Origin: Deltaproteobacteria bacterium
GTDB taxonomy: Bacteria; Myxococcota_A; Polyangia; Fen-1088
Assembly: GCA_033763315.1 (NCBI GenBank)
Contig: JANRKS010000005.1
Coordinates: 224,001 to 288,000 of the forward strand
Length of the DNA: 64,000 nucleotides
Direction: 5' to 3'
Both the position numbers and the translations under genes were made by a program. Position 1 is the stretch's first letter, and the number at the start of each line of letters is the position of its first letter. Below, in pieces: positions 46,836 to 56,227 of the stretch. The notes under the pieces were generated by a model. The model ran no database searches and was not told where the DNA came from. It worked only from the letters and a program-made list of their open reading frames with translations.

Positions 46836-48503
46836 ATGAGGATTGAGGTTCGCCAGGTTGTTATCGCGAAATTCGTCGCCGCAGGAGCGCTGTGGGTGGC
46901 GGGCTGTTCGGGCAAGGTCGTCGCCATGGACGATGGCGCTGGGTCGGGTGGCTCGGGTTCGCCGCGCACGATCGACGACGGTCCCGTGGCTCCCGGCGGC
47001 TCTGAACGCCCAGGCGAGTTGCAAGATTTCTTCGCGCCGCCCAACACACGAGCACGGCCGTTGGCACGTCTGACGCGTGATCAGCTGCGCGACATCGCCC
47101 AAGATCTGTTCAACGTCTCGCTCACGTCACAAGATCTCGCGACGTTGCCCAAGGCGCGCGCTGTGGACACCACCGTGGATCCCTCCCAATATGTCGAAGG
47201 CGTTTGGAACTACGCGGGCCTTGTGGCCAAAGGCGCGTTTACGAACCCCGGCAACCTTGCAGGCTTTTGTGAGAAAAAGGGTGTGACGGAGGCCGCTTGT
47301 GCCGAAGCACTTGTGACCCAAGTGGCGCCCCTTCTGCTTCAGCGTGATCCCACGGCGGCTGAGACAAAGGCTTATGTGGCTCACTATGTGAACGCGGCTG
47401 GTTTGCCCGCCGATGAACGCCTTCAGGTTGTGCTCCGTGCGTTGCTGATGTCTCCCGGTTTCTTGTTTCCCACCGAAACGGCGCCGTCGGCACCTGTGGC
47501 TGACCACTTCCGCCTCTCGCGCCTGACGTTGGCGTTGTGGAATTCACTGCCCGACGCCCGCAGCGTTTCCAACTTTGCGGCTGACGCCAAATCCGGCAAA
47601 GCCACTGTCATTGATGCTCTGCTTAAGGATCCACGCGCGCAGCGTCTCTATGAACGCATCGCAAACCACCTTGCCGACCTTTCTAGTCTTGGAGACTTGG
47701 GCAAGGCTCCTACGTTGGCTCCTGCTTTCACAAAACAGATTCAATTGGCACTGCGCCAGGAGCTTGCCGCCTCCTTGGCGAAAGCGGTGCAAGGCGGCGA
47801 CACGGATTCATTCTCGGAGCTGCTTACAACCAACAAAGTGTGGGTGAACAAGCTTACGGCGCCGCTTTATGGCCTCAGCTCAAACAGCGACAGTTTGGAA
47901 TGGGTGGCCACGCCCGATGAACAGCAACGATCGGGCCTCCTGACCGCGGCGCCTTTGCTTTCAGTCTTGGCAGGAAGCGATGAAGGGTCCGTGGTGAAGC
48001 GCGGCGTGTTCGTGCTGGAGCGCCTGCTGTGCGTGGCACCGCCACCGCCGCCTGCCAATGTGCCGCCGCTTGATGCTGCAGCCGTACCTGCCAACGCCAC
48101 CCAGCGCGAGCGCCTTATGGCGCACAGGCAACCGTCCTGCGTGGGGTGCCACGATGCCATTGATAGCGTGGGTTTCGGTCTCGAACGCTACGATGCGATA
48201 GGCCGTTTCGTTACCACCGACCACGGCCAACCGATCACTGGTCTTGGGACGTTCCCGCAAACGCTTGATGGCCCCGAGAAGAAGTTCGAGGGTGCCAAAC
48301 AGCTGGGCAAATTGCTGGCGGCGTCCACGCAGGCCCGCGAGTGTTTTGTGAGCCAACTGCACGCGGCGTTAACGGATCGCGATTCGTGTGACGACGAGCG
48401 CGCCGTTCTTGATGACGCGCGCAAACGCTTCACCGCCACGGGCGATGTTCACCAATTGGTGACCACGTTGCTCACCAACGCACCCACAAGCGCACGCTTT
48501 TAG
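46836..48503 (+). CDS. DUF1592/DUF1588/DUF1585-type lipoprotein with CxxCH motif
   Basis: AAGGAG RBS; VAGC lipobox; RSGLLT, KRGVFVLERLLC-PPPPP, CVGCH, GFGLERYDAIGR, ARECFV. Confidence 0.88.
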   Translation: MRIEVRQVVIAKFVAAGALWVAGCSGKVVAMDDGAGSGGSGSPRTIDDGPVAPGGSERPGELQDFFAPPNTRARPLARLTRDQLRDIAQDLFNVSLTSQDLATLPKARAVDTTVDPSQYVEGVWNYAGLVAKGAFTNPGNLAGFCEKKGVTEAACAEALVTQVAPLLLQRDPTAAETKAYVAHYVNAAGLPADERLQVVLRALLMSPGFLFPTETAPSAPVADHFRLSRLTLALWNSLPDARSVSNFAADAKSGKATVIDALLKDPRAQRLYERIANHLADLSSLGDLGKAPTLAPAFTKQIQLALRQELAASLAKAVQGGDTDSFSELLTTNKVWVNKLTAPLYGLSSNSDSLEWVATPDEQQRSGLLTAAPLLSVLAGSDEGSVVKRGVFVLERLLCVAPPPPPANVPPLDAAAVPANATQRERLMAHRQPSCVGCHDAIDSVGFGLERYDAIGRFVTTDHGQPITGLGTFPQTLDGPEKKFEGAKQLGKLLAASTQARECFVSQLHAALTDRDSCDDERAVLDDARKRFTATGDVHQLVTTLLTNAPTSARF

Positions 48504-48509
48504 ACGGAG

Positions 48510-49985
48510 ATGTTCATGAACCGTGACCGCCGAAACCGACGTACGCTGCTGATGTCTCCCGCCGCCTGGCTGTTGATGCGGCCGTTTATTCACACGGCGC
48601 AGGCCTTCGCGCAAGGCGTTGCCACGCCCAAAGTGTTCCTGCTGATGTCGAAGTGCCAAGGGCAATACCCGCACAACCGGCCCGAATTGTGGTTGCCGCA
48701 GCAAGGCGCCAACGGTTTGGTTCTGCAAGACGCGATGTCGCCGCTCGAGCCGGTCAAAGATTCGCTGAACTTCTTTTGTGGCCACGAGATGCGCGCGATG
48801 CGCACGCAGATGAAGAAGGCCGATGGCAGCTCAGACGCGGTCGATTGGCATCACGCTTCGGCCGCGATTTTTACGGGTGGCATGCTGGCGTATGGCGAAA
48901 AGATCGGCGACGACAACGTGGCCCCCGCGAGCAGCGAATCGTTGGATCAGTTTGTGGCGAAGGCTTGGAAGACCACGCCCTTACTGGTGAATCCATTGCC
49001 CCGCCCGGGCGATGCGCCTCGTAAGAATGGCGATCGCATCAGTTGGCGCAAGCAAGCGGATGGCACGATCACATTTCAGCAAGAACATCTCACGGCGCTC
49101 TCGGTGTGGAACGAGGTGTTCAAGAACCTATCGGTGGGCGGCGGCCCAAGTCCAGAGCAAGTGGCCGCTGAAAAGCGACTGGCCGTCAATAAGAGCATTT
49201 TGGATCAAACGCGCAGCGACACTTTGGCGTTGAACAAGGTGCTGTCATCGGAGCAACGACGCACCTTGGACGCGCATGAAACGGCTCTGCGTGAGCTGGA
49301 GATGCGCTTGGCGGCGAACGCTGTGGCGCCCTCTGTGGAATGCGTGCGGCCAGGCCAGCCGCCGCAGCCACCCGACAGCAACGCCATGCAGGTGGAAGTG
49401 CTCAAGCGCGTGACAGACGTGCAAGACATCTTGCTGGCTGTGATGCGCTGTGGGTTGCGGCCGGTCCTCGGCTTTAGTTTGGCGCACATGAGTGGCAGCG
49501 AGCTTGTGCCGGGCCTGTGGACCAACGGCGAGCAATACATTCCTACGTCGCTCAAGGGCACGCCGAGCGCCACTGGCTACCACAATGACCTATGGCACCG
49601 CGCGGGCGAGAACCCGGCCAATGATTTGTGGATGGTGCGTTTGGAAAAGAAGATGACTGAGTTCTACGCCAAGATCCTCACGGGCATGAAAGCCATTCCG
49701 TGTGGCACCAGCAACCTGCTTGATCAAAGCATCACCCTCTATGGCACGATTCAGTCCTACGACCATTCAAACGAAAACCACTCGTTCATGATGGCTGGGT
49801 CAAACGGGGGCAAGATCAAAACGGGCCGCGTGTTCAAAACGAACGACTTCTCGAAGCGCAGCGGCGGCCGCGACTTCCCACACAATGACGTGTTGATTTC
49901 GACGTTGCACGCCTTGGGTTTCCCGGAAGTGAAAACGTTCGGCACGCCTGAATTGTGTAAAGGCGGCGTGCCTGGGTTTATCTAG
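48510..49985 (+). CDS. DUF1552 domain protein (Tat-like RR leader)
   Basis: RRTLL leader; SLDQFVA, SILD, LDAHETALRELE, LLDQS, GGKIKTGR, HNDVLISTLHALG. Confidence 0.88.
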   Translation: MFMNRDRRNRRTLLMSPAAWLLMRPFIHTAQAFAQGVATPKVFLLMSKCQGQYPHNRPELWLPQQGANGLVLQDAMSPLEPVKDSLNFFCGHEMRAMRTQMKKADGSSDAVDWHHASAAIFTGGMLAYGEKIGDDNVAPASSESLDQFVAKAWKTTPLLVNPLPRPGDAPRKNGDRISWRKQADGTITFQQEHLTALSVWNEVFKNLSVGGGPSPEQVAAEKRLAVNKSILDQTRSDTLALNKVLSSEQRRTLDAHETALRELEMRLAANAVAPSVECVRPGQPPQPPDSNAMQVEVLKRVTDVQDILLAVMRCGLRPVLGFSLAHMSGSELVPGLWTNGEQYIPTSLKGTPSATGYHNDLWHRAGENPANDLWMVRLEKKMTEFYAKILTGMKAIPCGTSNLLDQSITLYGTIQSYDHSNENHSFMMAGSNGGKIKTGRVFKTNDFSKRSGGRDFPHNDVLISTLHALGFPEVKTFGTPELCKGGVPGFI

Positions 49986-50979
49986 AGCGACGGCGCAGGT
50001 GCGTGCCAACAGCGAATAGGGCAAGCCAAAGGAAATAGGGAGCCCCGCGGCCCGGGCGGCGCCCAACATGGCACGCACACGCAGCGCTGTCTTCTTCCAT
50101 CATGCCGGCGTCACTTTGCGCGTCTGTGGATGTGCGCGTGTCACTCGGCGAGGCGTCAATGCCCGCGTCCGCAAGGCTTGCCAAAGGTGTGCATGTGTCG
50201 CCGTTGAGCACCTTCGTGGCGTTGTTCATGTCTTCGTTGCCGCTGCGATCTACCGCCACGACGCGCACCGAGCCGGTGGGCAGTTTGGCATAGAACGGAT
50301 GCTCGCCGCACACGCGGAAGGTGGCCGGCTGGGTGAGGTACGTGATCAACATATTGTTCACGTACACAGCATAAAGAACGACGTTTTCGTCGACGGGCAA
50401 CATCGTCCATTTCAGATCCACCAGCGTGCCCGCAAACGGGCCGCAACATTCGGGGCCGCCGCACGTGGTGATATACGTGCGCAGGCTTTCAATGCCGCCA
50501 AATTTAGGTGCGGTCGCATCGCTTGCCATACCGGTGCGAAACACCGCAAAGGAACGTTGCCCCATGCTGCCGCAGGCGATCGCGCCGCCACAGGGCAGGG
50601 GCCCGCGCTTGTCCGCCAAACGATAAACCGTATCGGGCTCCAATGGCTTCGGCGGGCGCAGGCGGAAGATCTTCTGGTTAAGCTCAAGGCTTGGGAGCGT
50701 TTCAATGGTGACCGCCACGGGCGTTTGCATATCGCCCTCAAGCAATGCCAAATCGCCACCGAGGGGCTGCGCAAGGCCCACCCCATCTCCGCTATAGGTG
50801 ATCACCGGCAGCACATTGGTTGGCACATCTTCGGCGCCGTCCCGAATTGAGGCCGAGCGGTTCCACACGCCCGTGGGGCTGGGTTCACAAGCTTCGGCCG
50901 CTTTGAACGACGTCAACCAAAGGCAGGGCAACAAAACGTAAACGAGTGCGGTTTTCAAGGCGGGTTGACGTTTGATCAA
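49978..50979 (-). CDS. Exported Ig-like (Big_5-like) protein with MYXO-CTERM-like tail
   Basis: Signal AAEAC; DGAEDVPTN; PPKPLEPDTVY; C-terminal ACAC...hydrophobic...RRRSR. Confidence 0.7.
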   Translation of the reverse strand: MIKRQPALKTALVYVLLPCLWLTSFKAAEACEPSPTGVWNRSASIRDGAEDVPTNVLPVITYSGDGVGLAQPLGGDLALLEGDMQTPVAVTIETLPSLELNQKIFRLRPPKPLEPDTVYRLADKRGPLPCGGAIACGSMGQRSFAVFRTGMASDATAPKFGGIESLRTYITTCGGPECCGPFAGTLVDLKWTMLPVDENVVLYAVYVNNMLITYLTQPATFRVCGEHPFYAKLPTGSVRVVAVDRSGNEDMNNATKVLNGDTCTPLASLADAGIDASPSDTRTSTDAQSDAGMMEEDSAACACHVGRRPGRGAPYFLWLALFAVGTHLRRRSR

Positions 50980-51030
50980 TCATCAACGTTGGTCAAGTGA
51001 GCAAACGGCCGGTGGCCTTTTCGCACAACT

Positions 51031-51717
51031 TTAAGGGTTCGTGCGGGTCAGGATCATCATCTTTTGCCAGATCTTGCGCGACAGCCCCGAGGTGAGGTTT
51101 TCCAACTGATCCACAGCACGTTGCACTTCAGGATCAGTGAACTTCTCGGCCCACATTGCGGCCACTTTGCCTATGATCGACAGCATCTCAGAGCAGTAAT
51201 CGAGGTAACGGCCAAGTTCAAAACCGTTCATCGACCGCTTGGGCGATGATTTGGTGTCGGGCCCGCCCACCAATAACCGTTCGGGATCTTTGGTGAGCTG
51301 GTGCATATCGATCACGTGCGCCAATGAACGTAGATTGTGCAGCGCTTGCAGCGTGCGCCGCCGTTTCCATCTTGCTTCCAAGCTCCAGATCGACAGCAAT
51401 CCGGCGCCAATAAACACCATGCTGCCGAGGGCGGGCTCCAAAAATTGGATAAACCGCTCCATGTCATTGAGCCGCAGCTGCACCGAAGCGTGCGTGGCGA
51501 TGTAGATCCCGATCGCCGCGATTCCCGCCGCCAACACGACGTTCACAAGCCGCAGTGACCACGTGGGGCGCGAAAGGCGCGCGATGCGCTCTGCGGCTTG
51601 GCTGCTTTCCGTTTCAATCTGGGCAGCCACGCGCCCCAGGCCAGAGCCTGGAAAGCGCTGCTCGACGCGGCGTTTGAGTTGTTGAGCGGTCTCGGTGATG
51701 AGGAGTGGCTGCAGCAT
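51031..51717 (-). CDS. Hypothetical two-TM membrane protein
   Basis: RFPGSGL, two TM segments, LRSLAHVIDMHQLTKDP, RYLDYCSEMLS. Confidence 0.75.
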   Translation of the reverse strand: MLQPLLITETAQQLKRRVEQRFPGSGLGRVAAQIETESSQAAERIARLSRPTWSLRLVNVVLAAGIAAIGIYIATHASVQLRLNDMERFIQFLEPALGSMVFIGAGLLSIWSLEARWKRRRTLQALHNLRSLAHVIDMHQLTKDPERLLVGGPDTKSSPKRSMNGFELGRYLDYCSEMLSIIGKVAAMWAEKFTDPEVQRAVDQLENLTSGLSRKIWQKMMILTRTNP

Positions 51718-51812
51718 TGCGCGCAGCAGAGTACCCTAAAAAGCTGCAGACGATTGGCGACGCTGTTGCCTTGCGTTGATGCAAGCGACCACCACCATGG
51801 GCGGCCGCGGCC

Positions 51813-52580
51813 TTAACCGCGGCCCGATCGCACTTGCAACCACGGCGTCTTGGCCAGCATGTAACCCACGAGCCCCGCGAGAACCACGGCTGTGCTGTGG
51901 AATGCAAAGTTGTGTGCGTGGCTGGGCGCGGTCTCGCACACAATCGATAGCGCCGCCTGGCTGCCCAACGCCCCTGCCGCCGCCGCCGCCGCCAATGACA
52001 CCGTGGGGCGTGTGAGTTTGCCCTGCCGCACCAACCAAGCGGCACACGCCAAGGCCGGCACCGACCAGGCGAGCGCAAACCCCAGGCATTGGAATCCCCC
52101 CGGCGCATGCACCGGCCCGCCGCCCCCCCACGCCGCGGCCATCACGGCCGACATGGCGGGCAACAGGGCGAACGCGGCCGGCGGGCCCACCAAGGTCACA
52201 CCCAACAAAGCCGACGCCGCAAAGCCGCCCGCCAACGCCCCGGCGAGTCTGCCCGATAGGCCCAATGTGAAATGTCCCGCCAATGGCACGAGCCCCGCTG
52301 CCAAAGCCGCCAACATCGGGACCAAAGCCCACACGCGGCGGGGCGCTGGTTCATGAGTGATCGCCCGGGCCAGCTCCGCCCGCACGCGCGCCAAGGCGTC
52401 GGCGCTGGGGGGCGTCGGTTGAGCAAACGTATCCAACAAGAACAGCGTTTGTTCAGCCTCGGCCAAGGCCGCGGCGCACGCAGCGCACGCTTGTGCGTGC
52501 GCGAACGCTGCCACGCGATCCGGATCGGCTGCGGCTAAGGCCACAAGGCCCGCGGCGTTGTCCTTGACGTGCGCGCTCAC
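51813..52580 (-). CDS. Membrane anti-sigma factor, NrsF/DUF1109-like
   Basis: GTGA overlap with sigma gene; N-terminal HAQACAAC; six hydrophobic segments with GFQC and VCETAPSHAHNFAFH. Confidence 0.7.
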   Translation of the reverse strand: MSAHVKDNAAGLVALAAADPDRVAAFAHAQACAACAAALAEAEQTLFLLDTFAQPTPPSADALARVRAELARAITHEPAPRRVWALVPMLAALAAGLVPLAGHFTLGLSGRLAGALAGGFAASALLGVTLVGPPAAFALLPAMSAVMAAAWGGGGPVHAPGGFQCLGFALAWSVPALACAAWLVRQGKLTRPTVSLAAAAAAGALGSQAALSIVCETAPSHAHNFAFHSTAVVLAGLVGYMLAKTPWLQVRSGRG

Positions 52581-53143
52581 AGCAGCCCTCGCAAATCTTG
52601 ACGCAATTTTTCGTACGCTCGGAACGCGCGCAGCTTGATGGCGCCCTCTGTGGTGCCCAGCGCTTCGGCAATCTGGGGAAACGACAACCCCTCAAAGCGA
52701 TGCAGGTGGATAATCACACGCTGGGCCTCAGGCAAAGCGTCCAACGCCGTTCGCACGCGCCGCGCACGCGCCGCCTCGTCCAGAATTTCATCGGCAGGCG
52801 GTGCTGGCTCCGGCGCCACGCTGTCGCCCGCCTCGGTATCGTCTTCCAGGGCCACGTGCTTGCCGGGATGCAACTTGCGCAGCTCATCCACCCGCACGCG
52901 CGCGGCGATTGAGAACAGCCAGGGCCGCAGCGGTTTGTCGCGCTGAAAATCGGCGCGCGCCTTATGCACCTTCAAAAAGGTGATCTGCGTCAGATCGTCC
53001 GCCACCGCGGTGTTGTTGAAAGTGCGCATAAAAAAACCGTAGACACGCGGCCCGAGGGCCGTGAACAAGCGATCGAAGGCCGTGCCATCTCCGGCGACAT
53101 ACGCCGCCATCAAAGCTTCCTCGCTTATTTCACCAGTTTCCAT
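52577..53143 (-). CDS. ECF RNA polymerase sigma factor (SigF/ECF16-like)
   Basis: ALMAAYVAGD, DDLTQITFLKVH, PWLFSIA, GLSFPQIA...AIKLRAFRAY. Confidence 0.92.
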   Translation of the reverse strand: METGEISEEALMAAYVAGDGTAFDRLFTALGPRVYGFFMRTFNNTAVADDLTQITFLKVHKARADFQRDKPLRPWLFSIAARVRVDELRKLHPGKHVALEDDTEAGDSVAPEPAPPADEILDEAARARRVRTALDALPEAQRVIIHLHRFEGLSFPQIAEALGTTEGAIKLRAFRAYEKLRQDLRGLL

Positions 53144-53149
53144 TGCGTA

Positions 53150-53175
53150 TACGGGCCACCCGGGGCGGCGGTTAC
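53150..53175 (-). promoter_or_regulatory. Autoregulatory ECF promoter GTAACC-N16-CGTA
   Basis: Minus strand GTAACC gccgccccgggtggcc CGTA, 6 bp before the ATG; resembles the Caulobacter SigF consensus GTAACC-N16-CGAA. Confidence 0.7.
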
Positions 53176-53223
53176 GGAGTATGGCGGTAATTGGTACGCG
53201 TTGCTAATCTCGGCCCCCACCCC

Positions 53224-54504
53224 ATGCTCGATCCCGCTTTGTACCCTTTGTCGCGCCTGGCCGACCAGCTTGGCACCCCGTTTTACCTTTACGACGCCCA
53301 GTACTTGCGCGCGGCGCTCGGGCGCCTGTCTAGTGCGGTGGAAGGCGAGCACTTGGTGTGTCGCTACGCGATGAAGGCCAATTCCGCGCGTAAGGTCCTG
53401 CAAACGGTCAAAGAAGCCGGCCTGTGGATCGACGCCGTCAGCGGCAACGAAGTCATGCGCGCCCTGCTTGCGGGCTTTCCGGGTGGCGCGGAGCCCCCTG
53501 TGGTTATGTTGACCACCGACGTGTTTCGCGACAACGCGCTCACCGCCGTGCTCGAACACCGGGTGCTGCCGAACATCGGCTCGCCCGGCATGGTGAATGA
53601 ACTGCGCGGCGCGGGCTACCGTGGCCCCATCGGTTTGCGCGTGAACCCTGGCTTTGGGCATGGCCACGTCAAGTCGTGTGATACGGGTGGTCCTTCGTCC
53701 AAGCACGGCATCTGGCCGGATCAGCTCGCCGCCGTACGCAAGGCGGCGGCAGATTCGAAGCTGCCGGTGGTCACCTTCCACGCACACGTAGGCACCGGCC
53801 CCGAGCTGCGTGAATTCGACGCGAATATGCGCCGCTTGGTGGAGTTCATGGCCACGTTGCTGCCGGAATTCCCTGATGTGAACGCTGTCAATTTGGGCGG
53901 CGGCATCCCGCACCCCTACCGCCCTGGAAAGCCGCAATATGATTTGCAGGCATGGTACCGCCCTGTGCTTGAGAACGCTGTGGCTTTGTTGGCGAAGGCG
54001 GCGGGGCGTCCGATTCGCGTTGAGATTGAGCCTGGCCGCTACCCTGTTGCAGGCATGGGTCTGTTGGTGACGCGGGTCAAGGACATCAAAGACACGCAAG
54101 CCAACGAGCGCGGCCCTGGTCATCGCTTCGTGATGGTGGACGCCGGCTTCGCCGATCTCGTGCGCCCAGCCATGTACGGTTCCTATCACCACATGACTGT
54201 GGTGGGCAAAGGCGCCACACGCGCACCCGAACCCTTGGTGGTGGCGGGGCCTTTGTGCGAAAGCGGCGACGTGTTCACGCGCGACGACAAAGAGCTCTTG
54301 GATCCACGTATGTTGCCGCGCCCTGAAGAAGGCGATCTATTGGTGCTGCACGATGCAGGCGCCTACGGCATGGCGATGAGCTCGAACTATGTGTCGCAAG
54401 GCCGTGCACCGCAGGTGTTCTGGGACAAAGGCCTTGCCACGCTCATCTCACGCCGCGAGACGATCGAAGATGTGGTCAAAGCGGAGTGCGAAGAAACGCT
54501 GTAG
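53224..54504 (+). CDS. lysA: Diaminopimelate decarboxylase
   Basis: TPFYLYD, YAMKAN (PLP Lys), SKHG, NLGGG, EPGRY, GPLCESGD, AGAYG. Confidence 0.93.
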   Translation: MLDPALYPLSRLADQLGTPFYLYDAQYLRAALGRLSSAVEGEHLVCRYAMKANSARKVLQTVKEAGLWIDAVSGNEVMRALLAGFPGGAEPPVVMLTTDVFRDNALTAVLEHRVLPNIGSPGMVNELRGAGYRGPIGLRVNPGFGHGHVKSCDTGGPSSKHGIWPDQLAAVRKAAADSKLPVVTFHAHVGTGPELREFDANMRRLVEFMATLLPEFPDVNAVNLGGGIPHPYRPGKPQYDLQAWYRPVLENAVALLAKAAGRPIRVEIEPGRYPVAGMGLLVTRVKDIKDTQANERGPGHRFVMVDAGFADLVRPAMYGSYHHMTVVGKGATRAPEPLVVAGPLCESGDVFTRDDKELLDPRMLPRPEEGDLLVLHDAGAYGMAMSSNYVSQGRAPQVFWDKGLATLISRRETIEDVVKAECEETL

Positions 54505-54628
54505 TTTTTCCGCGCGATGCCCGACGAATGACGCCCATCGACACCACCTCGGACATCGATCGATTGGTGCTGCAGGATGCTGGCGCCTATTTATCACAGC
54601 GATGACTTTGAAGTATGGGCCACAAGTG

Positions 54629-54661
54629 TGGCACAAGCTGGCACGGTGCCAGTTTGTGCCA
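54629..54661. promoter_or_regulatory. 33-bp palindrome, candidate enhancer (UAS) for a sigma54 activator
   Basis: TGGCACAAGCTGGCAC-G-GTGCCAGTTTGTGCCA (16-bp arms, one mismatch). Confidence 0.7.
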
Positions 54662-54736
54662 GGTCTCATGCGCGCCGCCCCCATGCAAAACATGGCTTGA
54701 AGGCCTGCGCCGCTCAGAATCCCTGCCTTTTTCTCA

Positions 54737-54752
54737 TGGCACACGACCTGCA
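54737..54752 (+). promoter_or_regulatory. Sigma54 (-24/-12) promoter
   Basis: TGGCAC-ACGAC-CTGCA versus consensus TGGCAC-N5-TTGCW. Confidence 0.65.
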
Positions 54753-54780
54753 CTAAGCAGGTGCCATGGACGCAAAAGGA

Positions 54781-56163
54781 ATGAACATGAATTTGATACG
54801 GCGGATCGGGATGATGCGCAGTTTGCGGGGTGCGATGGCACTGTTGGCAATCGCTTGCGGAGCATGTGGCTCAAGCGATTCAAGCAATACCCCCGATGCT
54901 GGCAACTTGGTGGGGGGCGGCGATAGTGGCATCAATGGTGATGGCCCGCTTCTGGCCGGCGACGCGCCCGTGGTTGTTGCCGAAGCCGACTGCACAACGT
55001 TGGCGAACGGTGCCGTGTGCGGCGAACAAAGCATCTGTGTCAATCAACAGTGTGCCCCGTCTCGTTGTGGTGATGGCTTCGTAAATGTCTTGGCTCTTGA
55101 AGAGTGTGATGACGGCAATGATATGGTCGGCGACGGCTGCAGTCTTTGCCGATTCGATTGCAAGGCCAACCAAGAGTGCGATGACACGGACGTTTGCAAC
55201 GGTTCCGAAATTTGCGATCTTGCCAAACACGTTTGTGGCGCCGGCACCGTCCCTGCCGCGGGAACCTCATGTACCTTGAACCAAGGCGTGGCAGGAGCTT
55301 GCAACCAGGGGCAATGTGCCAAGGCAGGATGTGGCAACAGCATCAAAGACGCGGGTGAAGACTGCGATGACGGCAACAACGTGGACACCGACGGGTGTAC
55401 CAGCAAGTGTACGTTCACCTGCGTCGCCGATAAGGATTGCGACAACGGCAATGCGTGCGATGGTGTTGAAACGTGTAACGTGGCCACGCACGGCTGCAAG
55501 CAAGGTAAGCCCATCTCATGCGGCGCCAACGGCTGTGCAGGCGTGTGCGACCCCAACGCAGGCGCGTGTGTTTATGCAGACGTCGACAAGGACGGGGCTT
55601 CGTGTGATGCCGACTGCAACGATGCCGATCCGTCGCAATTCCCCGGCGCCTTTGAGTGTAAGGATGGCAAAGACAATGACTGCAGCATGAGCACTGCCGA
55701 TTCGTCGGCGCCTTCATGCGAATGCTATGTTGATGGTGACCGTGACGGCTTTGCCAGTTCTGTGGAGGGCGCGATAGCGGCTGCAGGAGTCTGTCCCATC
55801 GGCTACACCCGGACGAAACCAATTGATGCCAAGACAACCGATTGCGCCCCCAAGGTGGCAGCCGCGAATCCCGTACAGAAGTCGTACTTTCCAACGTCCT
55901 ACTGCACTGGCGCCGCACTTTGCATCAACAAATCCTTCGATTACAACTGCGACACCAAGGAGTCGTCATCATTTACCGAAGCACGTTTGGCAGCGGCAAG
56001 CTGCATCGGCGCCAAAGACGTTTTCTCGTGCGTATTTAGGTCGGGATGGGTGGCCGCAGCCGTCCCGGTCTGCGGAGGCAAGGGCACCTTTCGCCAGTGC
56101 TCCTTCGCGAATGGTGTGTGCACAGGCGTAGATCTCGCTGCGCACCCGCGCTCCTGCAACTAA
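54781..56163 (+). CDS. Cys-rich lipoprotein with Myxococcus cysteine-rich (DUF4215-like) and MopE-like repeats; start uncertain (54766/54781/54787)
   Basis: LAIAC lipobox; CGDG...EECDDGN...DGC twice; DCNDADPSQFPGAFECKDGKDNDC. Confidence 0.85.
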   Translation: MNMNLIRRIGMMRSLRGAMALLAIACGACGSSDSSNTPDAGNLVGGGDSGINGDGPLLAGDAPVVVAEADCTTLANGAVCGEQSICVNQQCAPSRCGDGFVNVLALEECDDGNDMVGDGCSLCRFDCKANQECDDTDVCNGSEICDLAKHVCGAGTVPAAGTSCTLNQGVAGACNQGQCAKAGCGNSIKDAGEDCDDGNNVDTDGCTSKCTFTCVADKDCDNGNACDGVETCNVATHGCKQGKPISCGANGCAGVCDPNAGACVYADVDKDGASCDADCNDADPSQFPGAFECKDGKDNDCSMSTADSSAPSCECYVDGDRDGFASSVEGAIAAAGVCPIGYTRTKPIDAKTTDCAPKVAAANPVQKSYFPTSYCTGAALCINKSFDYNCDTKESSSFTEARLAAASCIGAKDVFSCVFRSGWVAAAVPVCGGKGTFRQCSFANGVCTGVDLAAHPRSCN

Positions 56164-56193
56164 CCGCTTCAAAACGCGAGGTCAGAAAACGGG

Positions 56194-56227
56194 CCCCTGT
56201 CCTAAGCTTTGGGACAGGGGTTTTTTT
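56194..56227 (+). terminator. Rho-independent terminator
   Basis: CCCCTGTCC-taagctttg-GGACAGGGG followed by T7; overlaps the 3' end of the convergent activator gene. Confidence 0.75.
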
